Of a DNA stretch of 64,000 nucleotides, positions 27,168-40,055 are shown piece after piece. The DNA lies in the NCBI RefSeq assembly GCF_963921235.1, contig NC_086097.1, positions 47,804,001 to 47,868,000 of the forward strand, in the 5' to 3' direction. The translations under genes were made by a program, and so were the position numbers. The notes beneath the pieces are model-generated. The model did not search any database. It was not told the DNA's origin and saw only the letters and a program-made list of their open reading frames with translations. The stretch is from Mobula hypostoma. Taxonomy: Eukaryota. Position 1 is the first letter of the stretch. Every line of letters begins with the position of its first letter.

Positions 27168-27257
27168 GTATTCTTTGTGGATTATGGAAATACAACAAGA
27201 GTTGCTATAGATCTTCTACGGAATATTCCACATAACCTTTTGGAGCTGCCTTTTCAG
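27168..27257 (+). CDS. TDRD9: TDRD9 coding exon 7, Tudor core VFFVDYGNTTRVAIDLLRNIPHNLLELPFQ
   Basis: aatag|GTA, CAG|gtaagt; 90 nt; FVDYGN Tudor signature. Confidence 0.95.
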
Positions 27258-27372
27258 GTAAGTTCAGTTGGTTATTAAGTTTTGCTTAGAATATCCTACT
27301 ATTCTTTTAATGGTAACATATATTTCACTTTCAGTAAGTTACTTAATAGAGAACTTACAGTTAATTTGAATA

Positions 27373-27602
27373 CGCAAACACGAGGAAATCTGCAGATGCT
27401 GGAAATTCAAGCAACACACATCAAAGTTGCTGGTGAACGCAACAGGCCAGACAGCATCTCTAGGAAGAGGTACAGAGGATGTTTTGGGCCAAGACCCTTT
27501 GTCAGTCTCGTCCTAGAGATCTTCTCAATTCATTGCTATCAACTCTTCCTAGAGATACTGCCTGGCCTGCTGCGTTCACCAGCAACTTTGATGTGTGTTG
27601 GT
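27373..27602. repeat. Palindromic Penelope-terminus-like repeat
   Basis: 58-bp inverted arms at 27412-27469 and 27543-27600 with 3 mismatches. Confidence 0.8.
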
Positions 27603-28827
27603 TGAGTTAATTTGAATATTGTTTTAAATTTCAACCAAAATGCAGAAAGGCAGACCAAAGGTTTAAGAGATTATGGATCTGACGACTAGAAATATTGTAA
27701 GCAAATATGTGGCGAAAACATAAAAAGCTAATGCTGAGCCAATGCAGTGAGTGTGGTTATTAAATGTAATATTGTTTGAGAGTATGTTGTGATACTTGCT
27801 TGTTTTTTAAAGGATGGATGCTCTCTTGCTGTTCATTTTGTTTATCACTGAGTTGCTGACTAATGCCAAGTAAATTCAGTCAATAGCCTGTTCTGTTTGT
27901 TGGGTGAACAGGGTGTTAAAATTAGTATTGGTATTCCTGGGTTTGGCTAGTAAGTGAGGATTTTCACTTCCTTTCTACTGAGAATTATTGGACTTGAAGG
28001 GAATTGTTAGGTAGTTAACAATATTGATATCAGTTTTTTAAATTTTATTATCTTCCTTCTGTACACATCAGCCTATGGCAATTATGAAATTGTTAAATAC
28101 AGGTAAAAGAATGCCAACAGAGCAACAACTGGTTGATTATGAGGTCTCACAGAGTCAGAGAGCCACAAAGCATGGATATGGCCAGTAAGTCCATACCAAT
28201 CATGATGCCCTCTTTAATAGTCCTAGTTTTCCCTCTAAGCACAACTCTGTATGTACCTGTCCAAGTGCTTCTTAAAAGATAATTCTTATTCTGCCTCAAC
28301 CACTTCCTCTGGCAGTTTGTTCCACATACTTACCAACTGTTGCATGGGAAAAGTTGTCCCCCAAATTCCTTTTAAATCTGTCCCCTCTCACCCAAAATCT
28401 ATGCCCTCTAATTTTGACTCCCCTACCCTGCTACCCCTCTCCTTATCTATGCTCCTCATTATTTTGTAAACCTCCTGTAGGGTCACTCCTTTCCTATGTG
28501 CAAAGGAAGAATCATGGAGAACTCAACTTTTTAAACAATAAGATTTCATTTTCTTTACATATTTTTCCCTTGACTGCTAGCTTCAGATCAGAGTAGCTTC
28601 TACAACAAGTTTCAAGTCTCTCAGAAATGTCTGCTTGGTATTCTTAATAGTTTCCTTTAAAAAGGCATTTTGTGATACTAAGCTGTAAGCCACTTTTCAC
28701 GTACTTAATTAAGTGCTGACTTGATAAAGTCATTAATTTATATCTGTGGAATGTTAGCTTCTTATGTACATAGTTATAATTTTGGAGGCCATGTATTTCA
28801 ATAAAAGTAAACTGATTTTCTTTTTAG

Positions 28828-29085
28828 GCCCTACAATGCCAAATCTGCAACATGCGGCCATCTGCATATTCCATGTTATTTGGAGATCAGTGGACCACCG
28901 AGGCCAGGAGAAGATTCACCACCTTGGTGAAAAACTGTGTGCTGCTTGTGAAAGTTTACTCCATTGTACATAATGTTCTACGCGTAGACCTTAGCTTACA
29001 GACTTCCAAGCCCAACTGTAATGTGCGAGAAATCCTCATTAGTGAAGGTTTTGCTGAATCAGCTGAGGAGGCATATGAATCAAAG
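28828..29085 (+). CDS. TDRD9: TDRD9 coding exon 8, ALQCQICNMRPSA...AEEAYESK
   Basis: tttttag|GCC, AAG|gtacag; 258 nt; MRPSA, LLVKVYSIVH and EExYESK motifs. Confidence 0.94.
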
Positions 29086-29274
29086 GTACAGTGATTGCTT
29101 TTACAGATGAATAAGAACGTTTTGCAGCATATAAACTATCTGTTCCAAGAATGATTGTTTGAATTTAGCCATTGAGCCCTCTATCCCTGTTAACTGTAAA
29201 AGGTTTGGATTAAATTGCAAACTCTTCAGTTTTACATTTCTGTTCCTTTTAAATTCAACAGCTAACCTAATGTA

Positions 29275-30515
29275 CAAACCCCATTTCCAGAAAAGTTGGG
29301 ATATTTTCCAAAATGCAATAAAAACAAAAATCTGTGATATGTTAATTCACGTGAACCTTTATTTAACTGACAAAAGTACAAAGAAAAGATTTTCAATAGT
29401 TTTACTGACCAACTTAATTGTATTTTGTAAACATACACAAATTTAGAATTTGATGGCTGCAACACACTCAACAAAAGTTGGGACAGAGGCATGTTTACCA
29501 TTGTGTTACATCACCTTTTAATAATACTTTTTAATCGTTTTGGAACTGAGGATACTAATTGTAGAGGATTTGCAATTGGAAATTTTGTCCATTCTGCTTG
29601 GTATAAGACTTCAGCTGCTCAACAGTCCGTGGTCTCCGTTGTCTGATTCTCCTCTTCATGATGCACCATACATTTTCCAACAGGAGATAGAACTGGACTG
29701 GCAGCAGGCCAGTCAAGCACACGCACTCTGCGTCTACAAAGCCACGCTGTTGTAGCTGGTGCAGAATGTGGTCTGGCGTCCTGCTGAAATAAGCATGGAC
29801 GTCCCAGGAAGAGACGTTGCCTTGATGGCAACATATGTCTCTCTAAAATCCTAATATATGCCTCAGAGTCAATGGTACCTTCACATACATGCAACTCACC
29901 CATGCCTTGGGCACTGGTGCACCCCCATACCATCACAGATGCTGGCTTTTGCACCTTTCGCTGGCAACAATCTAGATGGTCATTTTCATCTTTGGCACGG
30001 AGAACTCGACGCCTGTTTTTTCCGAAACCTAGCTGAAATGTGGACTCATCTGACCACAGCACACGGTTCCACAATCTTTCGGTTCATCTGAGCTGAGCTC
30101 GGGCCCAGAGAACTCGCCGGCGTTTCTGCATAGAGTTGCTGTATGGCTTCCTCCTTGTGTAATACAGTTTCAAGTTGCATTTCTGGATGCAGCGACGGAC
30201 TGTGTTGAGTGACAATGGTTTTTCGAAGTACTCCTGAGCCCAGGTGGCTATAATTGTCACAGTAGCATGACTTTTCTGTGCACTTTTCAATCTTATTTTA
30301 ACTCTGTCCCAACTTTTGTTGAGTGTGTTGCAGCCATCAAATTCTAAATTTGTGTATATTTACAAAATACAATTAAGTTGGTCAGTAAAACTATTGAAAA
30401 TCTTTTCTTTGTACTTTTGTCAGTTAAATAAAGGTTCACGTGAATTAACATATCACAGATTTTTGTTTCTATCGCGCTTTGGAAAATATCCCAACTTTTC
30501 TGGAAATGGGGTTTG
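29275..30515 (-). mobile_element. Tc1 DNA transposon, 214-bp IR/DR-type TIRs, TA TSD, internally deleted DD34E-type transposase
   Basis: TIRs 29275-29488 and 30302-30515, TA on both sides; ORF 29619..30074 WSDES...VMVWGC...FQQD. Confidence 0.95.
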
Positions 30516-33119
30516 TATATAGTTGACAAGGGGTCTGCTGAAGTATAAAAAAAATTTTGACCTGAACCAGACTTGCCACAGATATTCATACCTGACCTGA
30601 GCCTATGTACTTATTCTTTTCTTTTGATGCACAACCCAAAGTTGGAACTGTTGATAGTACCAGTGACACCCCCTCCCTAATGCTTGAAACATCTTTTGTG
30701 CATACTTCAAGGTATGCAGTACAACGTTGGCCATGAAAACTAAACCCCCACCCCCCCACCGACGCTGGGTGAGTAGCCACTGTCTGCAACAGCTGCAGAT
30801 ATGATGAGGACTCTGCAGAGTGTCAACCTCAACCTCTGGGCCAGACAACATCGCAGGCTGAGTACTCAGGGAGTGTACACACCAGATCACTGACGTCTTC
30901 ATGGACACCTTCAACACTTTACTCATCCAGGCTGCTGTCCCCACATGCTTCAAATCAGACACTTTCATCCCTGTACCAAAGAACTTTATACGTTCAGAAC
31001 TAAATGACTATCATCCAGTGGCACCGACACCAGTCATCATGATGTGCTTTGAACGTCTGGTAATGGTACATATCAAAAACTTCATTTCCGCCACATTGGA
31101 CATTCTCCCACGTGCTTACTGACAGAACCCATAGCATCTATCATGCTCTTGGCCCTGATACACTGAGGAAATGAGCACTTACTGTATGTCAGAATCCTGT
31201 TTCTGGATTTAAGTTCCACAGAGCTTGGTGAATGAACTACTCCTCAGTCTAAATACACCACTGTGTAACTGGGTTTTGGACTTCCAAAGCAACAGTTTTC
31301 AGTCCTGTGCAGCTAAGATCGCATTGGTACACATTAAAGCGGAGGCTGATTTAGCTGAGTTATATGCAAGACGACAAGAGGAATAGGGGAACAGGCAAAG
31401 CTGCTGTGGTGGTGGAGCTCAAGTTGCAGGTAGAAATTGCAGCCAGAATGGCCAGAATTAAAGTGCTAAAGGCCGCAAGTGCTGTGGATGCCGAGCAGAG
31501 GAGTTCTGTGGTGTTGCGTTGGCACAGGGAAAATCTAGCATACACAATGTCAAGGTGGATACATTTGATGATCGAAAGTCTTTGAGCCCTGAGTTTGAAC
31601 TCCCCGAGGTAGTTGAATCTCAGCATGCACCAAGGAAGTAGTTTGAACCTACTGCGTATTCAATAGCACACAAAGAGCCTTTGAGAACTTGATTTACGGT
31701 ATCATGACACTAATGTTTCAGATGATAAAGTTCTAAATGCCACATTGGAGGCCATAAGGATATGAAAGGAAATAACAAGCGCAGTGATGCAACAGCAATG
31801 CATTGCAACTCTGCCTAAAAGAGAGATTCAAATCTTTGATGGCAATCCATTGCAGTATCATTCATTTATGATGGCTTTCAAGAACAGCATTTAAAGTAAG
31901 ATTGATAATTATCTATCTCTATTTTCTCAAACAGTACACTGGAGGTTACCCTAGAGAACTTGTCAAAAGTTGCCAGCAGGCCATACCTGAGCAAGGATAT
32001 CTAAAGGCCCAAGCTTTACTCCAGAAGCATTTTGATGATGAGCAGATAATTGCTGCAGCCGCGTATTAAATCTGAATATGTGAAAGCTCTTCAAGACGAC
32101 AGTCTTTTTCTTAGAAGGTGTAGCAACACCATGGGAGGTGGTAGGGCATAGACGAGTTGAACATGTCTGCTAATATGAAGATTGTTGTAGATAAATTGCC
32201 TGATTAACTTAGAAAAGAGTGGAGGGTTACTTTCACTTACGTTGTTGATTTTATTGAAAGGCAAGTCGAGGTTGCTGCACACCCAATGTTTGGAAAGAAA
32301 CACAGTGCTACATCGTCAGCAGTAAGTAAAGATGGGAACAAAACAGAAACACAAATTCATTTTCAAGCTAAAGGAAGTAGCTGTGACTACTGTGGAAAGT
32401 GAAATTGAGCCCGGAGCTGATAAAGAGGGATCAGATTTGGAAAGGGCCATATATAAAGCAAACTCAGTAGTGGGCACTGCCCTGGTATCTGTTAGGGTGT
32501 GTTCTGCAATTTTGGTAGATAATAAATACTAATTTCAATAGCAACCAGTCTTTGCACCTGAACATAGATTGTAGATTGAGTTTTAAATGTAGCCCAGAAC
32601 TTCTTCCTGAAGCTGCAGACTGGCGTTGATTGCAAACTAGGAAACATCTATTCATCTGAGGTATCTGCATATACATGAATGCAGTTGCAGAGTCAGCAGG
32701 GATTGACAATCATCTTGATTATCTGGAATGTGGGTGTGAAGATGGAGGTGTTTTAAAATTGTATATAATTCAAAGGAAGCATTGTGAATAGATTGTAACA
32801 AGATGGAAAGAAGCTACAGAAGACTGTATAACTAGCTCCGTCTTGGGTACTAGCCTCCATAGTATCCAAGACTTCTTCAAGGAGCTGGGCCTCAGAAAGG
32901 CACGTACATCATTAAGGACCTTTTCTCATTGTTACCATCAGGAAGGAGGTACAGAAGTTTGAAGGCACATACTCAGCAATTCAGGAACAGCTTCTTCCCC
33001 TCTGTCATACGATTCCTAAATGGATATTGAACCCATGAACAAACACTACCTCACTTTTTATATTTATATATATATATATTCTGTTTTTGTATTATTTTTA
33101 ATCTATTTAATAAACATGC

Positions 33120-33912
33120 CATCATCATCAGGTGCCATGCCCAGTTTGAGCTTTGACTGCCATGGCCCACACACTCCTGTTTTGGGTCAAGTGGATCAAT
33201 TCATTGGTATTCATTTCCAGTTCTCTGGCTGCTGTCTCCATCATCATTTGTCTTTGCCTTCCTCTTGCTTTCTTCCCTTCAGTCTTTCCCATAATTACCA
33301 TACATTTTAACTCCTCTTTCCTAGTCACATGTCCAATGAAGTCACATTGCCCTTTCATGATCTCATACATTATTGTGCTTGCTCTGTTCATGACATCCTC
33401 ATTAGATATTCATTTCGTCCATGATATTCTTTGCATCCTCCTCAAAAACCACATCTCTGCTGCTACAATTCGTTTCCTCATGTTACTAGATATTGTCCAA
33501 CGTTCTGAGCCATATAACATAACTGGATAAATGTAACATTTCAGTACTCTGAGGCGGGTTGTCATGCCTAGTTTAGTATTGGTCAGTATACTCTTCATTC
33601 TCGTAAAGGTGTCTTTTGCCATCCCTATTCTTCTTTTGATGTCCAAGTCGCACCTGCTATCTGATGTCACCCAGTTTCCTAAGCAGCAAAAGTTATGTAC
33701 TTGTTTTATGTCTTCCCCATTTATTGTCAGCCTGCAGATAGGATTCTCCTTCTTTTTGGAAATCAGCATACATTCTGTCTTTTTGCAATTGATAGACCCG
33801 TTTTTGCACTTTCTTCAACAATTGTATCAATTAAGTTTTGTAGTTCTTCCTCCGTACTTGCAATTAACACGGTGTCATCTGCGTATCTGAAATTATTGAT
33901 GTATAAAGGTGT
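33120..33912 (-). mobile_element. RTE-clade LINE 3' end with (GAT)n tail, nested in a Rex 3' tail (about 32800-34030)
   Basis: ORF 33410..33769 DIKRRIGMAK...MLYGSERWT; ORF 33128..33391 FIGHVTR...GKKARGRQR. Confidence 0.85.
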
Positions 33913-34245
33913 ACATGCTGTAATTTTAATTTTTTTTCTTTCTATATTATGTATTGCATTGTACTGCTGGTGCTAAGTTAACAAATTTCACAACACATGC
34001 CACTGGTAATAAATCTGATTCTGATTCTGCATATACTTGCTGTTACCTTTGATCTTTATATATAAAAATGTCATGTAATATTCGGTCAGGGAGGCCTGTT
34101 CTTTTAAGAGTGTCTCGAGTGTGATGCCTGCTGTTCTTTTTCTTTGCTGAATAATGACTTCTATATCCACCAGCTTCAGAGTCTCTCCAATGATTTTGTT
34201 GACACTCAGAACAGTATTTAATGGTCTTATAGGGACTGATGATCA

Positions 34246-35461
34246 CCGTCATAGTCATATGTTATTGATCCTGAGGGGAATGGTTTTCGTTACAGCTGCA
34301 CCATAAATAATTATATAGTAATAAAACCATAAATAATTAAATATTAATATGTAAATTATGCCAGGAAATAAGTCCAGGACCAGCCTATTGGCTCAGGGTG
34401 TCTGACCCTCCAAGGGAGGAGTTGTGAAGTTTGATGGCCACAGACAGGAATGACTTCCTATGATGCTCAGTGTTGTATCTCGGTGGAATGAGGGAATGAG
34501 TCTCTGGCTGAATGTACTCCTGTGCCCAACCAGTCCATTATGTAGTGGATGGGAGATATTGCCCAAGATGGCATGCAACTTGGACAGCATACTCTTTTCA
34601 GACACCACCGTCAGAGAATCCAGTTCCATCCCCACAACATCACTGGCCTTACGAATGAGTTTGTTGATTCTATTGGTGTCTGCTACACTCAGCCTGCTGC
34701 CCCAGCACATAACAGCAAACATGATAGCACTGGCCACCACAGACTTGTAGAACATCCTCAGCATCGTCCGACAGATGTTAAAGGACATCAGTCTCCTCAG
34801 GAAATAGAGACGGCTCTGACCCTTCTTGTAGACAACCTCAGTGTTCTTTGACCAGTCCAGTTTATTGTCAATTCGTATCCCCAGGTATTTGTAATCCTCC
34901 ACCATGTCCACATTGACCACCTGGATGGAAACGGGTCACTGGTACCTTAGCCCTCCTCAGGACTACCACCAGCTCCTTAGTCTTTTTCACATTAAGCTTC
35001 AGATAATTCTGCTCACACCATGTGACAAAGTTTCCTACCGTAGCCCTGTACTCAGCCTCATCTCCCTTGCTGATGCATCCAACTATGGCAGAGTCATCAG
35101 AAAACTTCTGAAGATGACAAGACTCTGTGCAGTAGTTGAAGTCTGAGGTGTAAATGGTAAAGAGAAAGGGAGACAAGACAGACCCCTGTGGAGCTCCAGT
35201 GCTGCTGATCACTCTGTCGAACACACAGTGTTGCAAGCACATGTACTGTGGTCTGCCAGTCAGGTAATCAAGAATCCATGACACCAGGAAAGCATCCACC
35301 TGCATCGCTGTCAGCTTCTCCCCCAGCAGAGCGGGTGGATGGTGTTGAACGCACTGGAGAAGTCAAAAAACATGACCCTCACAGTGCTCGCTGGCTTGTC
35401 CAGGTGGGCGTAGACATGGTTCAGCAGGTAGGCAATGGCATCCTCAACTCCTCGTCGGGGC
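34246..35461 (-). mobile_element. Second 5'-truncated copy of the young Rex1/Babar family seen at 2850-5422
   Basis: Closely similar to 2850-4052 by eye; TGATCA on both flanks (34240-34245, 35462-35467). Confidence 0.9.
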
Positions 35462-36879
35462 TGATCATGATTGTAAACTTCTTGTAGTTCTAGTTCAGGT
35501 GAAGTCTAAGAAGAGTAACAAGGCAGTGGTTACTTGTGCTTTACTAGATCAAGGAAGTACAGCAGTATTCTGCGCAAAGGGCCTCGTGAACAAGCTCAAA
35601 ATCTGACAGGAGAAGGAGCATGCATTCCCTTATGCACCATGGGTCAAGAGAATGTTGTGAGTAGCTATGTTATTTCAGGGCTGAAAGTAGCTAGCTTGGA
35701 TAGTGAAAGCTGTTGTGAACTGCCCAACATCTATACACAGGAAGTATGCTTGTCCCAAAAGGGAGTATTCCTCGCCAGAGAGATCTTTAGAGATGGCCTC
35801 ACCTGAAATATGTTTATTTGCCAGAAGTTGAGTTGAGCTGTTGATAGGGGTGAGTATGCCTAAGGCATTGGAGCCATCGCAAGTAATTTGCAGTGTTAAT
35901 GATGGATCCTATGTGATCAGAACAATGCTGGGTTAGACTGTTAATGGACCATTGAAAGGAGACCATAGTGGTGGAAGAAACTGTGCTTGGCCAGAGCTAG
36001 CAGTTAATAGGACTTCAATTTTGCACTTGGATTGAACTTTGGCAGCAACAATTCAAGACAGATTTTTCTTAATGTAGTCAAGAGGGACAACCTGATTTGG
36101 CAGGAGAAGATCACAATCCAGGTTAGACTGCTTACCAAAAGAAGACATAAAGATTTCATTTCTCATGTGTCTTAACAGCATGTAGTTGTAATTATTCTCG
36201 TTTAATAATTAGGTGGTTATAGCATGTAGGATCTATGTATTCTGCGCTGTGCCTTTATTGTGATTAGTCACAAGTGGGGGCGCGGTAAAAGCGAAGCGAG
36301 TAAGTTGCATATTCGTACTTATTTTGTGGCAGTTTGTCACTTGGGACAGTGGAGGTCCTATCTTTACTGACCGCTGAGATAACGCTCAATGTTTAATTGT
36401 ATGATTGCTAATTGCTAAAAAAGAATCAAAATGAAGAATTTGACTCTTTGGAGCAATCACTGGAAGTGTGGACGTGTCAAGCAACTCCGTTTGGGGTTGC
36501 AGGCTGGTGGCAATTGTTTGGATTTTGCTTCAGATTTTGCCACTACAAATAATATCAGTTGTGTGTTTTTGTATTCAAAAAGTAGTGATTTTTGACACTA
36601 ATAGTTTGTGAGAAATAAGTAGTAAGAGGATTCAGAATTGTTTTGCTCACCATGGCTTCAAGCATTCGGGCTTTGACTGTGGAATGGTTGTTGGTCCCAG
36701 ACAGGGTGTTTTGAATATTGCAAAACTGCTGACCTCCTGTGATTTTCATGTACAACAATTTGGGGGAACCTTGAAGATGGCGATCTTGAGCAGCACAGCT
36801 CAATGGATACAATTAACCCCTTCCATACCAGATGTGATTCAGATTGACCAGTTCATGAAATACTAACGGGATAAGACTG

Positions 36880-38454
36880 TTGAGTCTTTCAAAAGCAGAG
36901 CTAGACGTGTATGCCTCATGATCAACTCCTCTTGGTGCACAAATGTATCAGTGTTGTCCCAATTCTGCTCACCAGACCTGGAATATTTCACAATTGAGTG
37001 CTGTCTATTTTACCTGCTGTGGGAGATTTCTGTGATCAATTTGGTAGTGGTGTACATTGCACTTCAGGCAATGTCAAATAAGCTCTGGGTGATCAGAGTG
37101 ATGGGATCAAAGTGCATAATGATGCCTTCACCATGTTTTTGGGGATTTTAAGCAGGCCAGCTTGAAAACATCACTAAATAATTACCATCCACACTTGCAC
37201 CAGAAGAAACAGCACGTTGGAGCACTATTACACCATCATCAAGAATGCCTACTGTGCTATTCCATGCCCTCACTTTGGAAAGTCTGATCACCTGGCTGTA
37301 CCTCTACTCCTGAGACTGAAGACTGCAGCACTGGTAGTGAGAACCAAGAAGTACAGACAAGGGAAGCACAGGAGCACTTATAAGACCACTTTGAATCAGT
37401 GGACTTCATTAAAACCTGTGTGGATGAATGTGTACCTATAAAAACTTGTTGTACATTCCCAAACCGAAAGCTGTGGATGAACCAGGAAGTTGAATGTCTG
37501 CTGAGGGCTAGATCTGTGGCATTTAAGTCTGGTGACCCAGGTCTGTACAAGAAAACCAGGTATGACTTGGGGGAGGGCTATTTTAAGAGCAAAGAAATAA
37601 TTCCAAGCCAGAATGGAGGCGACATTAGATGCACATGAACTCTGGCCAGGTTTGCAAGACATCACTTCTACAAAGTGAAACCCAGTAGCATGAATTGCAA
37701 TGATGCTTCATTACCAGATGAGCTCAGTGCCTCCTATGCCCACTTTGAAAGGGAGAATATGACTAGAGCTGTGAAGATCCCTGCTTTACTGGTGACCCTG
37801 AGATCTCTGTCTCAGAGGCCGATGTTAGGCTGTCTTTAAGGAGGGTGAACCCTAGCAACACAGCAGACCCCAATGGAGTACCTAGTAAGGTTCTGAAAAC
37901 TTGTGACAATGAACTGGCGGGTGTATTCAAGGGCATTTTCAACCTTTTACTGCTACAGGTGGAAGATCCCACTTGCTTCTAAAAGGCAACCATTATACCA
38001 GTGCCTGAGAAGTGTGAGTTGCCTTGATGACTATCACCCAGCTGTACTCACATCTACAGTGATGAAATGCTTTGAGACGTTGGTCATGGTTAGAATGAGC
38101 TCCTGCCTCAACAAGGACCTGGACACACTGCAATTTGCCTATCGCCACAAAAGGTCTATGGCAGATGCAACCTTAATGGCTCTTCACATGGCTTTAGATC
38201 ATCTATGTCAGGATGTTGTCTGTTGACTATAGCTCAACATTTAACACCTTCATTCCCACAGTCCTGACCAATAAGTGATAGAACCTGGGCCTCTGTACCT
38301 CCCTCTGCAATTTGATACTCAACTTCCTAACCAGAGGACCACAATCAGTGTGGAGTGGTGATAATATCTCTTTCTCACTGACGATTGACACTAGCACACC
38401 TTAGGGGTGTGTGTTTAGCCCACTGCTCTACTCCTACAACAATAACTGTGTGGC
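36880..38454 (+). mobile_element. Decayed Rex1/Babar LINE, truncated at a Tc1 junction
   Basis: ORFs 36918..37151, 37217..37441, 37903..38226 (LQFAYR), 38411.. Confidence 0.8.
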
Positions 38455-40055
38455 TATGCCTATAAAAAGTATTCCCCTCCCCCCAGAAGTTTGCATGTTT
38501 TATTGTCTTACAGCATTGAATCACAGTGGATCTAAATTAATTACACATATAAAACACAAAATAATTGATTGCGTGAGTATTCACCCCCTTTAATATGATA
38601 AACCAAATCATTACTGATACAGCCAATTGGTTTTAGAAGTCACATAATTGGTTAAATGGTGATCACCTGTGTGCAGTCAAGGTGTTTCAATTGATTGTAG
38701 TAAAAATACACCTGTATCTGGAAGGCCCAACTGCTGGTGAGTCAGTATCCCGGCAAAAACTATGCCAGCAAGACAAAAGAACACTCCAAGCAACTCTACA
38801 AAAATGGTATTGAAAAGCACAAGCCAGAAAATGGATACAAATTTCCAAGCCACTTAATATCAAAGTAGAGTTAAGTCAATCATCAAGAAATGGAAAGAAT
38901 ATGCACAGCTGTAAGTCCTCCTGGAGCAGGCTATCCTCAAAACCTGAGTGACCGTGCAAGAAAGGGGCTAGTGAGGAAGGTCACCTAGGGACCTATGACA
39001 ACACTGGAGGAGTTACAAGCTTCAGTGGCTGAGATGGAAGAGACTGCTTATGCAACAACTGTTGCCCGGGTGCTTCACCAATCACAGCTTTATGGGAGAG
39101 AGGCAAAGAGAAAGCCACTGTTGGAAAAAATAATTGCATGAAATCTCAGGCAGAGTTTGCAGAAGGCATGTGAGAGAGATTCTGAAGTCAGCTGGCAGAA
39201 GTTTCTATGGTCTGATGAAACCAAAATTGAGCTTTTTGGTCATTAGACTAAATGCTTTATTTGGTGTAAGCTAAATACCACACATCATCAAAAACACACC
39301 ACCCCTGCTGTGAAGCATGGTGGTGGCTGCATCATGCAGTAGGGATGCTTCACTGCAGTAGACCCTGGAAGGCTTGTGAATATAGATGGTAAAATGAATG
39401 CAGCAAAGTACAGGGAAAACCCGATGCAGTCTGCAAGGGAACTGCGACTTGGAAGAAGAATTGTTTTTCAGCAAGACAGTGACCTCAAGCATAAAGCCAA
39501 AGCTACACAGGAATGGCATAAAAACAACAAAGTTAATGTCCTGGAGTGGCGAAGTCAGAGCCCAGACCTCAATCCAATGGAGGATTTATGACTCGACTTG
39601 AAAAGGGTTGTTCACTCACGATCCCCATGGAATCTGTCAGAGCTTGAACAGTTTTGTAAAGAAGAATGGAGAAAAATAGCAACGTCCAGATGTGCAAAAC
39701 TGTTAGACCTATCCACACAGATTCAAGGCTGTAATTGCTGCCAAAGGTGTATCTACTAAATACTGACTTGAAGGGGGTGAATACTTATGCAATTAATTAC
39801 TTTCTTCTACCGGCATCTTGATGTTCTGGTAGATCAGGCTGACCAATGAGCACCTTTCATGGAGATATTTTCTATTTTGTATTTGAAATTAATTTAGATC
39901 ACTTTGTAGAGATGTATTTTCACTTTAACACAAAATAGTCTTTTTTTTATTGATCAGTGTCAAAGAAAGCCAAATTAAATTTACTGTGATTCAATGTTGT
40001 AAAGCAATAAAACATGAAAACTTCCAAAGGAGGTGAATACTTTTTATAGACATTG
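38455..40055 (+). mobile_element. Tc1 transposon, decayed, both TIRs recognisable
   Basis: TGCCTATAAAAAGTATTC... / ...GAATACTTTTTATAGACATTG ends; WSDETKIELFG, VKHGGG, FQQD, QSPDLNPME. Confidence 0.85.

Larger units (their letters stand above)
31300..36547 (+). mobile_element. Decayed, internally deleted BEL/Pao LTR retrotransposon (gag, protease, putative 3' LTR about 36225-36547) hosting nested insertions
   Basis: LPKREIQIFDGNPLQY..F at about 31811; LYFLKQYTGG.PRELVKSC; protease LDQGST at about 35545; RTMLG.TVNGP; TG...CA-bounded segment. Confidence 0.7.

Noticed and set aside
29159..30589. Duplicated ORFs (YKPHFQKSWDIFQ...) on opposite strands
   Set aside because: They are translations of the two Tc1 TIRs, not genes.
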